Shown: positions 13,910-28,460 of the stretch, piece after piece | Layout: each line of letters starts with the position of its first letter | How positions within the stretch are numbered: position 1 is the first letter of the stretch | Assembly: GCA_951406725.2 (NCBI GenBank) | Contig: OX597835.1 | Location: 40,052,001 to 40,116,000 of the forward strand | Source: Octopus vulgaris | Lineage: Eukaryota | Direction: 5' to 3' | Length of the DNA: 64,000 nucleotides | Notes under the pieces: generated by a model | Told to the model about the DNA's origin: nothing | The model's input: the letters and a program-made list of their open reading frames with translations, nothing else | Databases searched by the model: none | Translations under genes and position numbers: made by a program

Positions 13910-14372
<463 letters not shown>

Positions 14373-14779
14373 TATATGTAAGAGATTTTTTTATGAGAAA
14401 AATGGCAAAATAAAAGTAAAGAAATAGAGGAGGAAAAGCAACGTGATTAACATATGAGAGAGAGAGGGTGAGGAGAGAGAAGGTGAAGAGAGAGAGGGTG
14501 AGGAGAGAGAAGATGAGTAGATTCATCGTCTTTCTCCATTTGTCCCCGTCTCTTCTTACTCTCCTCTTCTTTCTTTCTCTCTTCAATATTCTCTTCTGCC
14601 CGCTTTATGGCCTCTCTTTCTCTCCTTCCCCCTCTCCCTCTCTCTCCCTCTTTCTCTCTCTCACTACTCTCTCTCTCTCTCTTCCTGTATATCTGCCTTA
14701 AAGTCAGTAAGTGTATGAGCCTCTCTCTTTTTCACTATCTCTCGATCGATCGATCTATCTGTCTGTCTGTGTGTCTGTG

Positions 14780-14878
14780 TATCTGGCTGTCTTTCTAACT
14801 ACCTACATACATATCTAACTACATATCTATCTATTTAACTATCTAGCAATCTATCTATCCATCTATCTACCTATCTAC

Positions 14879-14919
<41 letters not shown>

Positions 14920-14920
14920 C

Positions 14921-14973
<53 letters not shown>

Positions 14974-15039
14974 CTTATCAATCTATCTATCTATCCATCA
15001 ATCTATCTATCTATCCATCTATCTATCTATCTATCTATC

Positions 15040-15088
<49 letters not shown>

Positions 15089-15270
15089 AATCTATCTATC
15101 TATTTATATGTCTGTCTGTCTCTTCCTCTCCCTGTCTCTCTCCCAATTAGTTCTGTTTATCACTTGATCAATCTATGTATCTTTCTATCTCTCTATCCAT
15201 CTATGTATCTACCTACATGCATGCCTCTCTCCCTCTCTCCCTTATCCCTCTCTCCCTTCTCTCTCTTTTC

Positions 15271-15304
<34 letters not shown>

Positions 15305-15482
15305 CATCTATCTATCTATCTACATATCTAACTGCTTCTCTGTATATTTCTATGAGAAAAGAAGATTACCATAGATGAGTGTGTATAGAAAAAAGAAGCG
15401 GGAATAACGGGAATAGGTGAAATGTGGTTGTGTAGAACGAGTGTACTGTGTGAGAAAGAGGAAGAGAGAGAGAGAGAGAGAG

Positions 15483-15515
<33 letters not shown>

Positions 15516-16542
15516 AGAGAAAAAGAGAGAAACATATATAGAGAGAGAAACATAGAGAGAGAGAGAGAAATAGAGAGAGAGAGAAACAGAGAGAGAGAGA
15601 GAGAAACAAAGAGGGAGCAGGCTGTGAGTATATGTAAGAGAGATTGAAAGAGAGAAAGAAAGAGAAAGTGCTGTGTGTGTCTGTGAGAGTGTATGTGTGT
15701 GCGCGTGTGTGTGTATGTGCGTTTGAGTATGTATGTGTACGTGCATGTATATGCATGTGTGTGTATGTGGTCTATGTGTGTGTGTGTGTGACTGTGTGTG
15801 TGTGAGTGTGTGTGTGTGCGAATTTGTCTATGTGAATGTATAAGAGACAGAGAAAAGAAAGAGTGGAAAAGCGGAATAGTGTGTATGTGTGTATGTGTGT
15901 TTGTGTGTATGTGTGTATGTGTGTATGTGTGTGTGTTTGCATTTGTGTGCATGTGCGTTTGTGCGGGAAAGAGAGAGAGGGAGAGACAGACAGACAGAGA
16001 CAGAGATAGAGAGAGACAGACAGACAGACAAACACACAGACAGCATAAGTGTGAAAGAGAGGGAAAAGTGAAAGAGGGAGAGAAAATCCACTGGTATAGA
16101 GTGTGTGTGAGTGTGTATGTATAGAATAATGTGTGAGTGTATGAGAGTATGTATATGAAAGAGTGTGTGTGAGTGTGTATGCGTATGAGATAATGTATGG
16201 GTGTGTACGTGGTAAAAAGTGTGCGAGGTTGTGGATATTAATGTGTGTGTGTGTGTGTGTGTGTGTGTGCTTGTAAATGTGAGTGCATGTGTATGTGAAG
16301 AGCCGTGTGCGGGCGTGTGTTTGTCTGTGTGTGCGTTTGTGTGTGTGTGTGTGTGTGTGTATGATTGTGTATTAGTGTGTGTGTATGTATACGCACACAC
16401 CCACACAAACACAGATATACATGTGCGGGTGGGTGTTCATTTATACATATGCACAGACATATGAACATATATGTGTGCATGTGTGTGGTTGTGCGTGAGT
16501 GTGTATGTGTGTATACATGTGTGTGTATGCATGTATGCATGC

Positions 16543-16583
<41 letters not shown>

Positions 16584-16694
16584 CATACACACACACACAT
16601 ATATAGGCATTAGAAATTTTTTACTTTTGCCCTTGTTTATAAGTTGTATATATATATATGTGTGTGTGTGTGTGTAGTATAAAAATACATATGT

Positions 16695-16753
<59 letters not shown>

Positions 16754-17052
16754 CATACATGTACATATACATACCTACGTACATACGTATATACGCGTAT
16801 GCGTGTGTATATTTGTGTGTTTATATATGCATACATATAAATATATGTATACATGTACAGACACAAACACGTACACACACACACATACATACATACATAC
16901 ATACATACATACATACACACACACATACACACATATACATACATACATACATACATACATACATACATACATACATACACACATACATACATACATACAC
17001 ACATACATACATACATACACACACACATACATACATACATACACACATACAT

Positions 17053-17085
<33 letters not shown>

Positions 17086-17094
17086 TACATACAC

Positions 17095-17137
<43 letters not shown>

Positions 17138-17513
17138 CATACTTACATTAGGGAAAGACAGAAGTAAGATGGCGCACAGTTGAAGGTAAAGAAACGGAAA
17201 GAGCCAAAAGGAAGAGGGGAGAAACAACGCGCTCCCATTTGACGACTGCAATATATCAGCGATATGAATATTTTATTTCCATAAATATCCTCCATAAAGA
17301 TATTACTGTATTTGTTATCAATTTATATTGCTTTGTCATGGAATATTACTGTGTTCTCAAGCCAGCATCTGTCTTCATTTTTCATCTTAAAATCCTTTCC
17401 TCAAACTATAAAAGCTTGGCACGACATTTACATATGTACGTATATGGATATGTGTGTGTATGTGTGTGTGTGTGTGTGAGTGTTTGTGTGTGTGAGTGTA
17501 TGCCTGTGTATAA

Positions 17514-17584
<71 letters not shown>

Positions 17585-17746
17585 TAGATAGATAGATAGA
17601 TATAATGATATCTGCCTATCTATTTATCTACCTATCCCCATCTTTCTGCAATTATATATATATATATATATATACTCAACGCTCTTTAGGCTTATATATG
17701 CATGTATACTTATACAATAATCATATATATATATATATATATATGC

Positions 17747-17793
<47 letters not shown>

Positions 17794-17808
17794 TATACAT
17801 ATATATAC

Positions 17809-17902
<94 letters not shown>

Positions 17903-17920
17903 GCATATATATATATATTT
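14780..17920. repeat. Compound microsatellite field ((CTAT)n, (GA)n, (GT)n, (CATA)n, (TA)n)
   Basis: Direct inspection; it generates the low-complexity ORFs in the track. Confidence 0.95.
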
Positions 17921-18440
17921 GTTTTGGTATTCCTCTATCTGCGTCTGTATATGTATCACTCTTCTTCTTCCAACATGTCATTTACATCGCACGATAAATT
18001 CCTTCCTTCTCAGTCTCAGAATTAATTTCCTTCTGTAGACATAGGCTCCGCTGTATTTTAAAGAATTTTAAAACCGACACGAATAAGCGAATGGATTTTA
18101 CTTGGAAGATGACAAAAATAAGGACGCACAGAGTCGCTCCCCTTCCTTTTCTCAACCTCAGCACGGAACTTCCAAATCAGTTATGTATGTATATATATAT
18201 ATATATATATACCGAATGCACTCGAGTTATAAGTGGCGCCCCCAGTTTTTTTCAGTTAAAATCAAGTATGAAATAGTGCAACTTATGCATGTGTAATTAT
18301 GGTATATATGTCTGTATGTCTGTCTGTATGTATGTATGTACATATATATATTTATGTATATATACACACACGCACACATGCACATATACATACATACATA
18401 TATCGAGTGTGTCTATGTATTATGCATCAGTGATTGTATG

Positions 18441-18517
<77 letters not shown>

Positions 18518-18579
18518 TGAAGACTACCTGCAATTTTCTTTCCTCTGTCCTCCCGTCTCGGGATCTTTCTTTCTCCTAT

Positions 18580-18614
18580 GTTTCCGACGAAGAGCTCCGC
18601 TCGAAACGTCATAC
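18580..18614 (+). ncRNA. Minimal type I hammerhead-like motif in a ~195-bp module (18516-18710) between (TA)n tracts
   Basis: GTTT-CCGACGA-A-GAGC(TCC)GCTC-GAAA-CG-TC-ATAC; U4 changed to C, one stem I mismatch. Confidence 0.65.
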
Positions 18615-18707
18615 CCTCCTTCTTCCATTTTCCTGAGCGCCTAATAATAATAATACTGTAATTGTTCCACGTGTTGTTGTTTTTTCTGTTTTCCCGTTTG
18701 GATTGAC

Positions 18708-18855
<148 letters not shown>

Positions 18856-18903
18856 TATTCATGGGTATGAGTAAGTATCTCATTTATTTCTTTTGCCACA
18901 TGT

Positions 18904-18958
18904 ATCACTGACGAAGAGAGGCTCTTAGTAGCTAACTCTGAAATCGGTCCGATATGGT
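18904..18958 (+). ncRNA. Type I hammerhead ribozyme with intact core, in a ~270-bp module (18850-19116) between long (TA)n tracts
   Basis: Stem I ATCA/TGGT, core CTGACGA (18908-14), stem II AGAG/CTCT with inner TTAG/CTAA, GAAA (18940-43), palindromic stem III TCGG-T-CCGA, UH = TA (18953-54). Confidence 0.75.
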
Positions 18959-19113
18959 TAATAATGGAATTTTTTAGAAATTTCTGTCGACCTTTTTTCG
19001 AGTAGCGTGCGTTTTGTGAAAAAATTATATGGTTAATGGACAATATGTCCAATTTTTCGGCATATTTGGCATTAGAAATTTTTTTAACCTTGCCCTCATT
19101 TATGAAATATACA

Positions 19114-19275
<162 letters not shown>

Positions 19276-19276
19276 A

Positions 19277-19312
<36 letters not shown>

Positions 19313-19731
19313 TAGATATATTCACACATTCACACACACAAACACACACATACATACTCACAGCGATGCTACACACATACACAGATACGTTCATGTGTGT
19401 GTATGTATGCGTGTGGTGGTTGTGAGTGTATATGCAGGTGTGTGCGCGCGCGAGCGTACGAGTGTATGCGTGAATTATACTTATATTGAAGTATATTTAA
19501 ATTGTGAAGATCTTAATCTTATTATTTCATATTTATTTTGATCTTTAAATACCCGTAATTCCACCCCCACCCCACCACCTCACCCCACCCCTTACCCTTA
19601 CCCCATTGATTCTTCGATCACTCTGATATTTGCAATCAGTCAATCAGATTAGTGAATTGTTTCACCGCGATTATATTTTATTTTTATAATTATTTATTGA
19701 TTCTGTGCGTGTGTGTATGTATGTATGTATG

Positions 19732-19762
<31 letters not shown>

Positions 19763-20044
19763 GTATGTATGTAAGTATATGTATATATGTATGTATGTAT
19801 GTATGTATGTGTGTGTGTATGTATGTATGTTGGTGAGAGTGTGTGCGCATGTCTGTGCGTGCGCAGTAATCAACCAGCCGCCATGTTTCCTGTATGGTGC
19901 CGTATTCGTAATTCTCCGTATTGTTGGCTCAGACGGAAGGTGAAACCTTTAACTGCAACCGTAAAAAGTTCAAGCATGCGCACAGTTAATATAGATGGCA
20001 AAGGGTAAACGATGTATAGGCGCAGGTGTTGCTGTGTGGTAAAG

Positions 20045-20630
20045 AAGCAGGCAGCGAGCTAGCAGAAGCGTTAGCACGCCAGGTGAAATGCTTAGCGGTA
20101 TTTCGTCTGCCGCTACGTTCTGAGTTCAAATTCCGCCGAGGTCGACTGTTGCCTTTCATCCTTTCGGGGTCGAAAAATTAAGTACCAGTTACGCACTGGG
20201 GTCGATATAATCGACTTAATCCGTTTGTCTATCCTTGTTTGTCCTCTCTGTATTTAGCCCCTTGTGGGTAGTAAAGAAATAGGTATTTCGTCTGTCGTTA
20301 CGTTCTGAGTTCAAATTCCACCGAGGTCGACTTTGCCTTTCATCCTTTCAGAGACGATAAATTAAGTACCAGTTACGCACTGGGATTGATGTAATCGACT
20401 TAATCCCTTTGTCTGTCCTAGTTTGTACCCTCTGTATTTAGCCCCTTGTGGGTAGTAAAGAAATAGGTATTTCTTCTGTCGTTACGTTCTGAATTCAAAT
20501 TCCACCGAGGTCGACTTTGCCTTTCATCCTTTCAGAGACGATAAATTAAGTACCAGTTGCGTACTGGAGTCGATCTAATCGACTGGCCCCCTCCCCAAAA
20601 ATTTCGGGCCTTGTGCCTAGAGTAGAAAAG
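20045..20630 (+). mobile_element. SINE family B: one head plus tandem ~185-bp units
   Basis: Head GGCAGCGAGCTAGCAGAAGCGTTAGCAC, B-box GAGTTCAAATTCC; units restart at GGTATTTCGTCTG. Confidence 0.85.
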
Positions 20631-20884
20631 AAAAGAATAATTTATATAAAGGCGCGTGACCTAATGGTTCGGGCGTTGCACTCACAATCTCAAGATCGTG
20701 GTTTCAATTCCTAGACCGGACGGTGCGTTACCTTCTTGAGTAAAACACTTCATGTTGCATTGCTCTGCGATCACTTCGAAACGTAAAAGACTTTCTCACC
20801 TTCCCGAACATTAAACTATTGCACCGGCTTGCTGCGTATAAACCTGTCTTCGTCTTTTATTTTTCTGTAAATTTCAACTATGTA

Positions 20885-22177
20885 CGAGGGGCGTTCAATA
20901 AGTAATGCCCCTGACCCACTTCCCATAGCAGTAGAGCAACGAAACTTGGCACAGTTATTAGTCTTTTTCTACATAGAAACCACCCAGAGTTACGCATTTC
21001 TCCCATCGTTTGATGCGGCTCTGGAGACCGTTTTTGTAGAAGACCCCAGCTTGGTCCTCCAACCACAACGTGACTTCAGAAATCAAGGCTGCATCATCTG
21101 GGAAACGCTTTCCTTTCAAAAACAACTTCATGGCTGGGAAGAGGTGAAAATCAGAGGGTGTAAGGTAAAGAGAGTAGGGAGGATGGGGGAGGAGTTCATA
21201 GCCGCACGCCTGTGCTTCTGATCTGACTACACACGAGTTGTGGACCGGAGCGTTGTCCTGCAGGAGGAGGATGCCTTTGCTGATCTTGCCCCGCCTCTTG
21301 ATTTTGATAGCTTCTCTTAATTTCCTCAAAAGTGAAGCATAATAGGCTCCTGTAATTGTGGTACCCTTTGCCAGGAAATCTGTCATCACTACTCCGGCCT
21401 GGTCCCAGAAGACTGTGAGCATGACCTTGCCAGCGGAGGGCTGCACCCTTGCCTTCTTTGGAGGAGGTGAGTCACGGTGCTTCCACTGCATTGACTGGGC
21501 TTTGGTCTCTGGATCATAGTGATGGACCCAGGTTTCATCCTGTGTAATCAGTCTTTTGAAAAATTTTGACTCATCTTCTTGGCACATCTCCAAATTCATC
21601 CTCGAGCACTCGACGCGTTCTTGCTTCTGGAAAGGTGTGAGCAGCCTGGGAATCCATCTGGCAGACACCTTTTGCATATGCAAATGGTCATGAATGATAG
21701 TTTCCACAGACCCGGTACTAATCTTGACCTCATGGGCTATTTAGCGAATAGTTATGCGTCGACCTTCCAAAATGGCAGCATCAACTTGACGGACAGATGC
21801 CTCATCAATGGCAGATGGGGGGCGACCAGATCTGGGAGTTGTTTCCGCAGAGTTCCGACCATGTTTGAATTCACGATGCCAGCATTTTACAAGGTCATAT
21901 GATGGGGCATCATCACCATAAGGTACTTTCATTTCATCAAAAGTCTCCCGTGGTATGCGTCCTTTCAAATACAAAAACCGGATCACTGCTCGACACTCAA
22001 CAAGCTCCATTTCACACTTGACTCAGTTCAAACACCTGTAAATCAGAAACCACAAATAGTTCAGAGCTGTAATTTTCCACTTACTCTATAGAGATATAAA
22101 TAATTGCACATGCAAAATTTCAGCTAGATCAAACAAATGCAAGTGGATCAGAGACATTACTTATTGAACGTCCCTCG
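20885..22177 (-). mobile_element. mariner DNA transposon, full length (1293 bp)
   Basis: TIRs CGAGGGGCGTTCAATAAGTAATG.. / ..CATTACTTATTGAACGTCCCTCG; TA target duplication at 20883-84 and 22178-79. Confidence 0.95.
20958..22010 (-). pseudogene. mariner DD34D transposase with a single in-frame stop
   Basis: ORFs 21741-22010 and 20958-21707 share a frame, separated by one TAA at 21741-43. Motifs WIPRLL, ITQDETW, LLQDNAPVH, PPYSLYLTPSD (34-aa spacing). Confidence 0.93.
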
Positions 22178-22278
22178 TATAACTTAGCAGTTCGGCAAAA
22201 AGACCGATAGAATAAGTACTAGGCTTACAAAGTATAAGTTCTGGGGTCAATTATAGATATATATATATACTCGTTACA

Positions 22279-22478
22279 CTTTTACTTGTTTCAGTCATGT
22301 GACTGTGGTCATGCTGGAGCACCGCCTTTAGTCGAGCAAATCGACCCCAGGACTTATTCTTTGTAAGCCTAGTACTTATTCTATGGGTCTCTTTTGCCGA
22401 ACCGCTAAGTTACGGGGACGTAAACACACAAGCATTGGTTGTCAAGCGATGTTGGGAGGACAAACACAGACACACAAA

Positions 22479-22531
<53 letters not shown>

Positions 22532-22710
22532 CATATATACATATATACGACCGGCTTCTTTTCAGTTTCCGTCTACCAAATCCACTCACAAGGCTTTGGT
22601 CGGCCCGAGGCTATAGTAGAAGGCACTTGCCCAAGGTGCCACGCAGTGGGACTGAACCCGGAATCATGGGATTCGTAAGCAACCTACTTACCACACAGCC
22701 ACTCCTACGC
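22279..22710 (-). mobile_element. SINE family A, full length
   Basis: Colinear with other family A copies. Confidence 0.85.
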
Positions 22711-22834
22711 ATTAGTATACCATGTGGTTTGTAGCCTGTTCTATTAAAGGAGTATTTTTGTGATTTACCGCTGGATTATATATAAATCCATATATTGTGC
22801 ATTAAATGTGTGTGTGTGTGTGTGTGTGTGTGTA

Positions 22835-23125
22835 TCACCGTGATCACCGTGACCGACCAGGCTATCAGATGTTGCTACACATCGCTGGTCACAATGCGCT
22901 TCGTATTGTTTTCGCCTTCAAACGACGCCACCCCGCTGCCTAAGCGAGCAGGCCAACAGAAGAAAGAATGAGAGAAAGTTGTGGCGAAAGAGTACAGCAG
23001 GGATCGCCACCACTCCCTGCCGGAGCCTCGTAGAGCTTTGTGTGTTTTCGCTCAATAAACACTCACAACGCCCGGTCTGGGAATCGAAACCGCGAGTCCG
23101 CTGCCCTAACCACTGGGCCATTGTA
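22835..23125 (-). mobile_element. tRNA-derived SINE family C
   Basis: Minus strand A-box TGGCCCAGTGGTTAGG and B-box GTTTCGATTCCC, followed by a non-tRNA body. Confidence 0.6.
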
Positions 23126-23129
23126 TCTT

Positions 23130-23167
<38 letters not shown>

Positions 23168-23275
23168 TAATAATATAAAAGAATAAACAAGTAAAACGAG
23201 TGGCGTCGGGTTAGATTGTGACATGTAACTCGATATCTTTAAATATGAGATTTGAATTGTTGGATGAGTATAGCT

Positions 23276-23638
23276 CAGACGTTCTCAACCATTTTATATC
23301 TGTGGACTCCTTTGATTAGTATTTTATTCTGGTGGAGTCCCATAGCCATTTGATGCTTAAAAACTGGTTTTATAGAAACGTCTTTCCAAAATTCACAGTT
23401 TGTTTTTCACCTGTTCACCTGTGTAGGTTGTTCTGTGTAAAATGTTTGTAAAAGAAACCTGTTTTTGTTGGGGGGGGGGTTTCTGCAGTAAACACCAATA
23501 TGTACATCTAAAGCAAAATTTTTTCAGGGATCTTTAAAATACTATTGTGGATCCTCAGTTTACTGTTTTGTTGCGTGGATCCCTAAAAATGTTATATGGA
23601 TCTTCGGGGCCCATATGGACCCCGGATGAGAACCAATT
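23276..23638. mobile_element. hAT-type MITE (same family as 61433-61787)
   Basis: Degenerate TIRs CAGACGTTCTCAACC / GGATGAGAACCAATT; body colinear with 61433-61787. Confidence 0.7.
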
Positions 23639-23999
23639 GGATAGATCATAAAACGGAGGGAAGTAATGAGGTGCGAAGGTGCGCAGGTGTTGTATGATGT
23701 GCAAAACAAGTGGTAGCTATCCATTAGTCGAGCAAATCGACCCCAGGACTTATTTTTTGTAAGCCAAGTACTTATTCTATCGGACTCTTTTACCGAACAG
23801 CTAAGTTACGGTGACGTAAACACACCAGCATCGGTTGTCAAGCGATGGTAGGGGGGACAAACACAGACATACAAACACACACACACACACACACACGAGA
23901 CGATAATTAAGTACCTGTTGCATACTGGAGTCGATCTCTGGGCAAGTGTCTTCTACTATTGACGGAAACTTAAAAGAAGCCCGTCGTATATATCTGTGC

Positions 24000-24046
<47 letters not shown>

Positions 24047-24723
24047 TCCCTCGAACATCGCTTGACAACCAATGGTAGCTATCCTTAAAATACTATCGTG
24101 GGTCCTCAGTTTACTTATATGTATTTTCCGGGACCATATGAACCCCGGATGAAAACCAATTGTATAGATCATAAAACGGAGGGCAGTAATGAGATGCGAA
24201 GATGCGCAGATGTTGTATGGTGTGCAAAACAAGCGGTAGCTATTTATATATCTATTTCTTTACTACCCACAAGGGGCTAAACACAGAGGGGACAAACACG
24301 GACAGACAAAGGGATTAAGTCGACTACATCGATTCCAGTGCGTAACTGATACTTAATTTATCGGCCCCGAAAGGATGAAAGGCAAAGTCGACCTCGGCGG
24401 AATTTGAACTCGGAACGTAACGACAGGCGAAATACGGCTACGAATTTCGCCCGGCGTGCTAACGTTTCTGCCAGCTCGCCGCCTTATTTATATATCAATT
24501 TATATAGCTATTTATATATCAAAATCGATTCCATCATCGGAGGAAGAATAAGATAGGGCAGCGATCTAGTCCATCATTTGAATAAGAATTCGCCAACAAT
24601 TCGTGTTATTAAGGCATGTAATCAGAGCTTCTAATTAGATCGTGTAATTAATTAGAGGAATCCTTACGGCCAGCCTCTCTAAATCCATTCTCCAGGACAC
24701 TGTTGATCAATGTGTGTGTGCGT

Positions 24724-24781
<58 letters not shown>

Positions 24782-25042
24782 ATATATATGTATATATCAA
24801 AGGCAGACGAAATAAAATCGCCCCAGAAGTGATCACAAAGGCGACAGATTCCGTATTTCTCAGTAGATGCAGCTTATCAAGGATACATACTCGTGTCACT
24901 TCCAAAGCGATTTTGAAATTGCTAATCTGACGTTTACACAGATAGTGTATAACGTATCTGTTGATTTGCAATGGTGTCGCATAAGCAGAATGAATTCGAG
25001 ATACGCAACAGAAACAGATCTGTAATGAAAATATTACCAATA

Positions 25043-25616
25043 GGCGTAGGAGTGGCTGTGTGGTAAGTAGCTTGCTTACGAACCACATGATCCCGGGTTC
25101 AGTCCCACTGCGTTGCACCTTGGGCAAGTGTCTTCCACTATAGCCTCGGGCCGACCAAAGATTGTGAGTGGATTTGGTAGACGGAAACTGAAAGAAGCCC
25201 GTCGTATATATATATACTCAAGATTAATCAGCCGAAATTACTACGATGATCCGGTTCTTGACTGAAGACTGAGGGTTTCGAATGTCCTGTCCGTGTTTAT
25301 TGTATCGTCTTCTAAGAGTTATACGTTCTTGTCCATGTTGTATTTTTCTACATACCTTAATATATATATATGTGTATGTGTGTGTTTATGTTTGTGTCTG
25401 TGTTTGTCCCCCCAACATCGCTTGACAACCGATGCTGGTGTGTTTACGTCCCTGTAACTTAGAGGTTCAGCAAAAGAGACCCATAGAATAAGTACTAGGC
25501 TTACAAAGAATAAGTCCGGGGTCGATTTGCTCGACTAAAGGCGGTGCTCCAGCATGGCCACAGTCAAATGACTGAAACAAATAAAAGAGTAAAAGAGTAA
25601 AAGAGTAAAAGAGTAA
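25043..25616 (+). mobile_element. SINE family A with a ~145-bp secondary insertion in its internal (TA)n
   Basis: Head AGGAGTGGCTGTGTGGTAAG, tail (AAAAGAGT)n; foreign segment at about 25216-25360. Confidence 0.8.
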
Positions 25617-25878
25617 TATCACATACTTAACTCATGACGTGTATAGTGCTTTTTATCGAGATACGCCTTCAAATGAATTTTTCCGGACGGAAAACTATAG
25701 CTCGGACGTTTTAACAATACGCACGCACTAAGTGTGTGGTATTCATAATGTTTACATGATAGAGCCACGCCCATTGCATAATTTAAATATAAATACAAGT
25801 GGTTGAAGAGGTCTGCTGTTCAAAGAAACTTCCTGAGATCCTGAGATCTCAGAGACATCACTGGAGATGTATCACAGA

Positions 25879-26690
25879 ACATCGCAAATTAGTAGCTCCA
25901 GTTTTCGGTGGATACAGTAATTGACGAGTATATAAACAGATCAGCTGTTTCCCTGGGATTAGTCAAATTCGTGTAGACACCTCTGATGAGAGTCCAATAA
26001 TATACGAAAACCGATTAAGATTGTCCATCAATTTTTCAGTCTATTAAGAAATAACAAAATTAACCCTGTTTATATATCCACGGTATCTATCTATCTATCC
26101 GCTCAGTCGAAGTCGACTCTCGGTTACTCGTTGGATCAGTGTCCTCCAGTCAGTTCTATCCTGGGCCGCTTCTTTCAGATTGGCTATGTCCATTCCGGTA
26201 TCACTCTTGATGGTGTCAAGCCAGCGGGTTCTTGGTCGCCTCTTCCTCTCTTGCCACAGACCATTCCGAGCATGATGTCCTTCTCCAGGGATTTTCTCCG
26301 CATAATATGACCGAAATATGCCAATCTATGCTTGTTGATCCTAGCTTCTAGCGACATTTTCGGCCTGATCTGCTTAAGAACTTCTCCATTGGTGAGCCTC
26401 GCTGTCCATGGAATCCGTAAAAGTCTTCTCCAACACCAAAGCTCCACGGTATATGTTTCATTATATTATATAATACTTTCCGAATGTGTAGACTGACATA
26501 ACATGCAAATTAGTTATTCCTGCTTTCTGTAGCTACTGTAATTGTTAAATGTATAAACACATCGGCTGTTTGTTTCTCTAGGATTGGTCAAATAGATGGA
26601 GACGCCTCGGATGAGGATCCAATACGATTCGAAAATTGATCAAGATTGTTCATCAGTTTTTCAATCTAGAGAAACTAACCCTGTATATAA
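25879..26690 (+). repeat. Two diverged direct copies of a ~200-bp unit, each with a degenerate hammerhead motif, separated by an RTE insertion
   Basis: 25879-26076 aligns with about 26500-26690; CTGATGA..GAAA at 25983-26009 and CGGATGA-GGATC(CAATAC)GATTC-GAAA at 26608-26634. Confidence 0.65.
26087..26442 (-). mobile_element. 5'-truncated RTE (BovB-like) LINE
   Basis: ELWCWRRLLRIPWTARLTN...YFGHIMRRKSLEKDIMLG; (GATA)n tail; 10-bp TSD TCCACGGTAT at 26077-86 and 26443-52. Confidence 0.9.
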
Positions 26691-26703
26691 AGGAACTATA
26701 TAG

Positions 26704-26745
<42 letters not shown>

Positions 26746-26812
26746 AACAAACAAACAAACAAACTCGCACACGCACGCACACACACACATACATACACAC
26801 ACACACACACAT

Positions 26813-26885
<73 letters not shown>

Positions 26886-26891
26886 CACACA

Positions 26892-27108
26892 CAGGGTGCG
26901 GCAGAGGTAACGCCCTCTTGTATTTGAGTTTTCTAATTGAGTTTCTTTTTTATTTCCTAAAACTTCTGGAATTTTTTCATTAGTTTATTGTTCGTTTCTT
27001 CAAGTAATTCAACAAATTTGTGTTCAATAAAAAATGACTATAATATATACTTTTATATACTATAAAAGTTTATTAAATGCAAAAATAGCGTTACCTCTGC
27101 CGCACCCT

Positions 27109-27109
<1 letters not shown>
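26892..27109. mobile_element. Tc1/mariner-type MITE
   Basis: 21-bp TIR AGGGTGCGGCAGAGGTAACGC / GCGTTACCTCTGCCGCACCCT within simple repeats. Confidence 0.8.
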
Positions 27110-27158
<49 letters not shown>

Positions 27159-27296
27159 CCAGCTCGAGAAGATGTTCTCCTGGGGCTACAAGCTACAGTA
27201 GCATCCACCCTTAGTGGTTAGCCACATTTAAGTGACAAATATACCTCACATTGTCTTGCAGCTACTGTTTATACCTCGTTCAGAGATCTATTATTG

Positions 27297-27367
<71 letters not shown>

Positions 27368-27994
27368 CTGTTTTTCTAATCCGTATTTCGAGCAATTCAA
27401 CGACAAGATACGCCCTTCGATAAAACTGTTACTCCCGCAAAGCAAATTAAATAAAATGTGGTATTTTGCGGAGGGTCAAAATTGGTAACAAAAACAGGAC
27501 AGTGAAAACAAACGAGAACGGTTGCTAAGCCTAAACGAGGTGAGGTGGCGAACGTGTAGAGGCAAGCTTGGACAGGAGACAGACAAGAATGCGTCTGATT
27601 CGTCAAGCTGAATCAGAAAGAAAGAAACACAAGTTAGGAAAAAAAAGAAAGATGGCCGATGGTCACGTGGGAGCCACGAGAGAGCAAAGAGTAGGAGTGA
27701 GGAAGAGAGTGTGACAGTGAACGGCGAAGGGGAGAGGAAAAAATCAGAGGAAGGATAAGAGAGAAAACGAAAGAATAATATATGCGTGTGCGCATGTGTG
27801 TGTATGAATATGTATGTATATATAATATATATATGTATATATGTTTGTATGTAACTGGTACTTATTTGATCGACTCCGAAAGGATGAAAGGCAAAGTCGA
27901 CCACGGCGGAATTTGAACTCAGAACGTAGCGGCAGACGAAATACCGCTAAGCATTTCGTCCAGCATGCTAACGATTCTGCCAGCTCACCACCTT

Positions 27995-28045
<51 letters not shown>

Positions 28046-28460
28046 AATAATAATAATAATAATAATAATATTTCCTTGTACTACAGTTGGAAATGAATCG
28101 AGAACACATTTCATTTCTACGCCTCCGCTTCGTTGCTGCAGAGTGTTTTTCCTCATCACCACTACCACTATACCACCAAAACCACCACCACCACCACCAC
28201 CACCGCTACAACTACCACCGTCACCACAACCAGAACAAAACCTATTACGGGTCGCTTCCGATATTAAATAAAAAAAAAAGAACACACGTAGAGATTCGCC
28301 AATATAGCACTAATAATAAACCAACCAAATATTCTAAGAATTTTCAGATTCTTTTGTCAAGTTGACCCAACAGTTTTTTTTAGGTTTTTATGTATTTATT
28401 CGTGTAGTGTTATTCTTATTTATGGTTATTTATTAATATTATTGTTAGTGTTATTGTCAA

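Noticed and set aside
25216-25360. Possible hammerhead (CTGAAGA...TTCGAAT) in the insert within SINE A
   Set aside because: No convincing stem II/III pairing or GAAA could be built.
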